DNA from: Rhodospirillaceae bacterium
Lineage (GTDB): Bacteria > Pseudomonadota > Alphaproteobacteria > Rhodospirillales > Rhodospirillaceae
Direction: 5' to 3'
Assembly: GCA_009694245.1 (NCBI GenBank)
Contig: SHVO01000002.1
Location: 1,741-65,740, forward strand
DNA length: 64,000 nt
Made by a program: the position numbers and the translations under genes. Below the pieces are notes generated by a model, which saw only the letters and a list, made by a program, of their open reading frames with translations, did no database searches and was not told the origin of the DNA. Numbering within the stretch: position 1 is the first letter of the stretch; the number at the start of each line of letters is the position of its first letter. Positions 57,938 through 64,000 of this stretch are shown piece by piece.

Positions 57938-58874
57938 AGATCCCGCGGCCGAGCCGCGCGTCATTGTCGTCGCCGGGCCGACCGCCGCCGGCAAGTCCGC
58001 CTTGGGCCTCGCGATCGCCGAGGAATTCAACGGCGCGATCATCAACGCCGACAGCCAGCAACGCTATGCCGATCTCCGCATCCTGACGTCGCGGCCGACC
58101 CAGGCCGATGAAGCGCGAATTCCTCACCGGCTGTTTGGCGACCTTGGCCCGGGCGAGGCCGGTTCCGCCGCCGAATGGGCGACCAAGGCCGCCGTGGAAA
58201 TTCGCGCCGCCACCGCCGCCGGCAGACTGCCCATCCTGGTCGGCGGCACGGGTCTTTATTTCCGCGCGCTGATGGAGGGCCTGAGCGATATACCGGAAGT
58301 GCCCATGGCCGTGCGCCATAAGGCGCGCGCTTTGCTCGACGACATCGGCAACGTCGCTTTCCATAGAGGACTGGCGGCGCGCGATCCGGCAACCGCCGCG
58401 CGGCTCAACCCCGGCGACAGCCAGCGCATGCTGCGCGCATGGGAGGTCCTGGAAGCCACGGGCAAGTCCCTCGCCGCCTGGCAAGAAACGCCGGGCAAAC
58501 CGCCGTTGGTCGCGCGCTATTTCAGCGTCGTGGTCATGCCGCCCCGGGCGGACCTCTACGGCGCTTGCGATGCGCGCTTTCTGGCCATGGTCGAGGGCGG
58601 CGGTCTCGCGGAAGTCCGGGCGTTGCTCGCCCGGGGCATCACCCTCGATGCCGGAGCCGGGAAAGCTCTCGGGGTCGCAGACCTCGCCGCCCATCTGCGG
58701 GGCGGCGTCGATCTGGCGACCGCGACAACCCGCGGCCAGACCGCGACTCGGCAATATGCCAAACGCCAGATGACCTGGTTCAGAAATCAGTTTAATGCGA
58801 ATTTAACCATAAATGAGAAATTTTCAGAAAGTTTATTTCAAAAAATCTTTTCTAATATTCGAACTTTCTGTTGA
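57915..58874 (+). CDS. miaA: tRNA dimethylallyltransferase
   Basis: P-loop GPTAAGKSALG and YAKRQMTWFRNQ are present. The start is set at TTG 57915, a 23-nt overlap with DUF1015. The last approximately 28 codons are AT-rich. Confidence 0.9.
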   Translation: MSATSSTEDPAAEPRVIVVAGPTAAGKSALGLAIAEEFNGAIINADSQQRYADLRILTSRPTQADEARIPHRLFGDLGPGEAGSAAEWATKAAVEIRAATAAGRLPILVGGTGLYFRALMEGLSDIPEVPMAVRHKARALLDDIGNVAFHRGLAARDPATAARLNPGDSQRMLRAWEVLEATGKSLAAWQETPGKPPLVARYFSVVVMPPRADLYGACDARFLAMVEGGGLAEVRALLARGITLDAGAGKALGVADLAAHLRGGVDLATATTRGQTATRQYAKRQMTWFRNQFNANLTINEKFSESLFQKIFSNIRTFC

Positions 58875-58985
58875 CCTACCCTAAATGCCGCAACTAGGGT
58901 CCCCTGCTGGCCTAGCGGTCCAACGGCGATTTTTTTTGCGGACCAGGGCGCGGGCCTTTGACCTGTATGCGGAGGATGGCGGCTT

Positions 58986-60796
58986 ATGGCCGGGAAGGCT
59001 TTGACTGCCGAACGACAGGGTGCTTCGCCCGACGACGGGCCCTTCGTCGGCGCGCGCATACTTCTCATGGCCCTGGAGGAACAGGGCGTTGAGGTCGTGT
59101 TCGGCTATCCGGGTGGCGCCGTCCTGCCGATCTATGACGAGCTGTTCAAACAGAATCGAATCCGCCACGTCCTCGTGCGCCACGAACAGGGCGCGGTTCA
59201 TGCGGCCGAGGGCTATGCGCGCTCGACCGGCAAAGTCGGCTGCGTGCTAGTCACCTCCGGCCCCGGCGCCACCAATACGGTCACCGGCCTGACCGACGCA
59301 CTGTTGGACTCAATTCCGCTGGTCTGTTTGACCGGACAAGTGCCGACGCATCTCATCGGCAATGACGCCTTTCAAGAAGCCGATACCGTCGGCATCACGC
59401 GCCCCTGCACCAAGCACAATTATCTCGTGAAGGATGTCAACCTGTTGGCGCAGGTGGTCCACGAAGCCTTCTATGTCGCGCGCTCGGGACGTCCCGGTCC
59501 GGTAGTGGTCGATCTGCCCAAAGACGTTTGTATGGCCATGGGGCATTACACCACGGCGCCGCGCGGCAATCTCCGCAACCAACACAAGACCTATCGACCA
59601 AAGACCAAGCCCGATGCAGCGGCCGTGGCGCATGCGGTCGCGTTGATGGCGGCGGCCAAAAAGCCGGTTTTCTACACCGGTGGCGGTGTCATCAACTCTG
59701 GGCCAAAGGCCTCGGCGCTCCTGCGCGAGCTGGTGGAGCTCACCGGCTTTCCGATTACCTCGACGCTGATGGGTCTAGGCGCTTACCCCGCGGCCGGCGC
59801 GCAGTGGCTGGGAATGCTGGGCATGCACGGCACCTATGAGGCCAACCTCGCGATGCACGGCTGCGACTTGCTGATCAATATCGGTGCGCGGTTCGACGAC
59901 CGCGTCACCGGAAACCTGAAGTACTTTTCGCCGGGCTCGAAAAAGATTCATGTCGACATCGATGCCTCGTCGATCAACAAGAACATCATCGTCGATATCG
60001 GAATTGTCGGCGACTGCGCCGCGGTACTGGAGGAAGTGCTCGCCCTGTGGAAGGCGCATCCCCGTAAACCCGACTCAAAGACGCTCAGAGTTTGGTGGCG
60101 CCAGATCGCCGACTGGCGCGGGCGCGATTGCCTGCATTACGAGCAGCGCGGCAAGCTCATCAAGCCGCAATATGCCATTCAGCGCCTCTATGAATTGACT
60201 AAGAAACGCGAGCCCTACATCACGACTGAAGTCGGCCAGCACCAAATGTGGGCGGCCCAATACTTTCGCTTCGAGCAGCCAAACCATTGGATGACGTCCG
60301 GCGGGCTGGGCACCATGGGTTACGGTTTACCGGCCGCGATCGGCGTGCAAATGGCGCATCGCGATAGTCTTGTGATCGACATTGCTGGCGAAGCCTCGAT
60401 CCTCATGAATATTCAAGAGCTGTCGACGGCGGTGCAACATCACCTGCCAGTGAAGGTGTTCATCATCAACAATAAATACATGGGCATGGTGCGCCAATGG
60501 CAGGAGTTGCTGCACGGCGGGCGTTACTCTGAGAGTTACAGCGCCGCCTTGCCGGACTTCGTCAAACTTGCGGAAGCTTTCGGCTGCGCCGGCCTACGTG
60601 TCTCGGATCCCGCTAAGGTTGACGACACCATCCGTAAAATGATTGCCATCGACCGGCCAGTGATTTGCGACGTCGTCGTCGACCAGAAGGAAAATTGCTT
60701 TCCGATGATTCCGTCGGGCAAGGCGCACAATGAAATGATCCTGGGAAGCAGGGAAAAGGCTGGAAAAGCCATCACCGGAGGAGGCCTGGCGCTGGT

Positions 60797-60800
<4 letters not shown>
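58986..60800 (+). CDS. ilvI: Acetolactate synthase large subunit
   Basis: FGYPGGAVLPIYD and ThDP motif GGLGTMGYGLPAAIG...NN are present. Confidence 0.96.
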
Positions 60801-62543
<1,743 letters not shown>

Positions 62544-63036
62544 CCGCCGGCTCGCCGGCGCGGCGGTTCTTCCGAAAGGGGCCGGCGGAGCTGAAGGCCG
62601 GTCCTAAACCGCCGAAAATATGCGGTTTCCAGGTAGTTTCGTCCCTTGGCCCTTCCCTTGCACCGGCCTTCATGACAAATTAACGCCGCTGCGACAATTT
62701 AGTCGGCGAACGGCCTTTCCAGGTTCGTTTGAGAAAACGATATAAGTCTTTGATTTGTGAGCAAAAACGCGGCGCGGCAAGAGGGTTAGCCTTCGTGGTC
62801 AACGCCATCCTTCCGATGGGCAAATCAGCCGGCGCGGCAACGGCCGCGGCGCGGCTGGCGTTGCCGCGGGTGGGGATCACTCTGGGCGTTACCTTGCGTC
62901 TTGCGGACCGGGGTCTGCGACTTATCCGCCGCTGAACGCCGATACCTGTCGAGCGACAGGCGTTCAGGGGACGGAGTTGAGTTTTGAAGTCGCTCACGAA
63001 CCGATCATTTTGACCCCAAGTCGTGAGAGCAGAACC

Positions 63037-64000
63037 ATGAGCACCAGAAATCGCGTCTTGATTTTCGACACCACCATGCGGGACGGCGAACAGTCCCCGG
63101 GCGCTTCGATGAATCAAAAAGAGAAGGTCCGCATCGCCAAGGCGCTGCAGGAAATGCGCGTCGACATCATTGAAGCCGGCTTCCCCATCGCCTCGCAGGG
63201 CGATTTCGAAGCCGTCCGAGCCGTCGCCAAGGAAATCACCGAGTCGATTGTTTGCGGCCTGGCGCGCGCTGGCCGTGCCGACATCGACCGCGCCGGCGAA
63301 GCCCTGAAGCCCGCCAAACGCAAGCGCATCCATACCTTCATTGCCACCAGCCCGCTGCACATGCGGGTGAAACTCCAAATGGAGCCCGAGGCCGTCTATC
63401 AGGCAGTGATCGATAGCGTCACGCGGGCGCGCAACCACACCGACGATGTCGAGTGGTCGGGCGAGGATGCGACGCGCACCGACCACGACTTTCTCTGCCG
63501 CTGCGTCGAGGCGGCCATCGCGGCCGGCGCCGGCACCATCAATATCCCGGACACCGTCGGTTACACGGTCCCCGACGAGTACCGCGCCCTGATCGCGATG
63601 CTATTCAACCGCGTGCCCAACATCGACAAGGCGGTCGTCTCGGTGCATTGCCACAACGACCTGGGCCTTGCGGTCGCCAACTCGCTCGCCGCTGTGCAAG
63701 CCGGCGCCCGCCAGGTGGAATGCACGATCAACGGTCTTGGGGAGCGCGCCGGCAACGCCGCCATGGAAGAAATCGTCATGGCCTTGCGCACCCGCAAGGA
63801 TTACATGCCCTACACTACCAGTGTTCGCGCCGAGCTGATCACGCGCACGTCGCACCTTGTGTCCACGATCACCGGATTTGCCGTGCAGCCCAACAAGGCC
63901 ATCGTCGGCGCCAATGCTTTCGCGCACGAAGCCGGCATTCACCAGGACGGCATGTTGAAGGACGCGAGTACCTACGAAATCATGACCCCGGAGTCCGTCG
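63037..64000 (+). CDS. leuA: 2-isopropylmalate synthase (5' part; runs off window end)
   Basis: [22 protein letters not shown] and [17 protein letters not shown] are present. The frame stays open to position 64000. It is absent from the ORF track because no stop lies in the window. Confidence 0.93.
   Translation, partial: MSTRNRVLIFDTTMRDGEQSPGASMNQKEKVRIAKALQEMRVDIIEAGFPIASQGDFEAVRAVAKEITESIVCGLARAGRADIDRAGEALKPAKRKRIHTFIATSPLHMRVKLQMEPEAVYQAVIDSVTRARNHTDDVEWSGEDATRTDHDFLCRCVEAAIAAGAGTINIPDTVGYTVPDEYRALIAMLFNRVPNIDKAVVSVHCHNDLGLAVANSLAAVQAGARQVECTINGLGERAGNAAMEEIVMALRTRKDYMPYTTSVRAELITRTSHLVSTITGFAVQPNKAIVGANAFAHEAGIHQDGMLKDASTYEIMTPESV

Noticed and set aside
62729-62935. 68-aa TTG-initiated ORF in the ilvC-leuA spacer
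   Set aside because: It has a weak start and no RBS. Its Ala/Arg/Leu-rich composition is driven by GC hairpin sequence. It has no run of Leu codons as expected for a leu leader peptide. It is kept only as context for the structured-spacer finding.

Overview
GC-rich chromosomal window with alphaproteobacterial gene content and synteny. It is almost wall-to-wall housekeeping genes. In order these are: tRNA-Gln, ppx-rlmE, guaB-rsmB-guaA, yfgM-like/bamB/der, msrP, the minus-strand run SDR-purF-cvpA-radA-mlaF-mlaE-alr-dnaB, and uppP. Next come rplI-DUF2232-rpsR-rpsF, fabD-fabG-acpP-fabF-mltG, two TerC-family genes, yicC-gmk, and rsmA-pdxA-surA-lptD-lptF/G. The window ends with an FAD oxidase, sua5, cysQ, an orphan CoxL-like molybdoenzyme, pepA, DUF1015, miaA, ilvIH-ilvC and the start of leuA. 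Many neighbours are translationally coupled through ATGA/GTGA/TTGA overlaps. I saw no CRISPR array, rRNA, transposase or integrase, and no convincing multi-gene novel system. The only clearly accessory stretch is about 7.66-11.6 kb. It holds a low-GC, single-gene islet (flavin reductase) at the 3' end of guaA, bounded by a direct repeat that re-creates the guaA terminal codons. A vapBC toxin-antitoxin pair with a palindromic operator, an MFS exporter, a methyltransferase and short tandem repeats follow it. Other items worth a second look are a translationally coupled WD40 / His-rich COG0523 GTPase pair, and an orphan form-II CoxL-like subunit coupled to cysQ. There are also lineage-specific low-complexity extensions on Der (basic N-terminus) and S6 (Gly/Arg tail). 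In three places the stop-proximal end of a gene is duplicated just downstream (guaA, MFS, mlaF). Several unusually long or structured spacers stand out (12.5-13.0 kb, dnaB upstream, ilvC-leuA). All family calls rest on motif recognition by eye. Start codons marked uncertain were chosen from overlaps and RBS context only.
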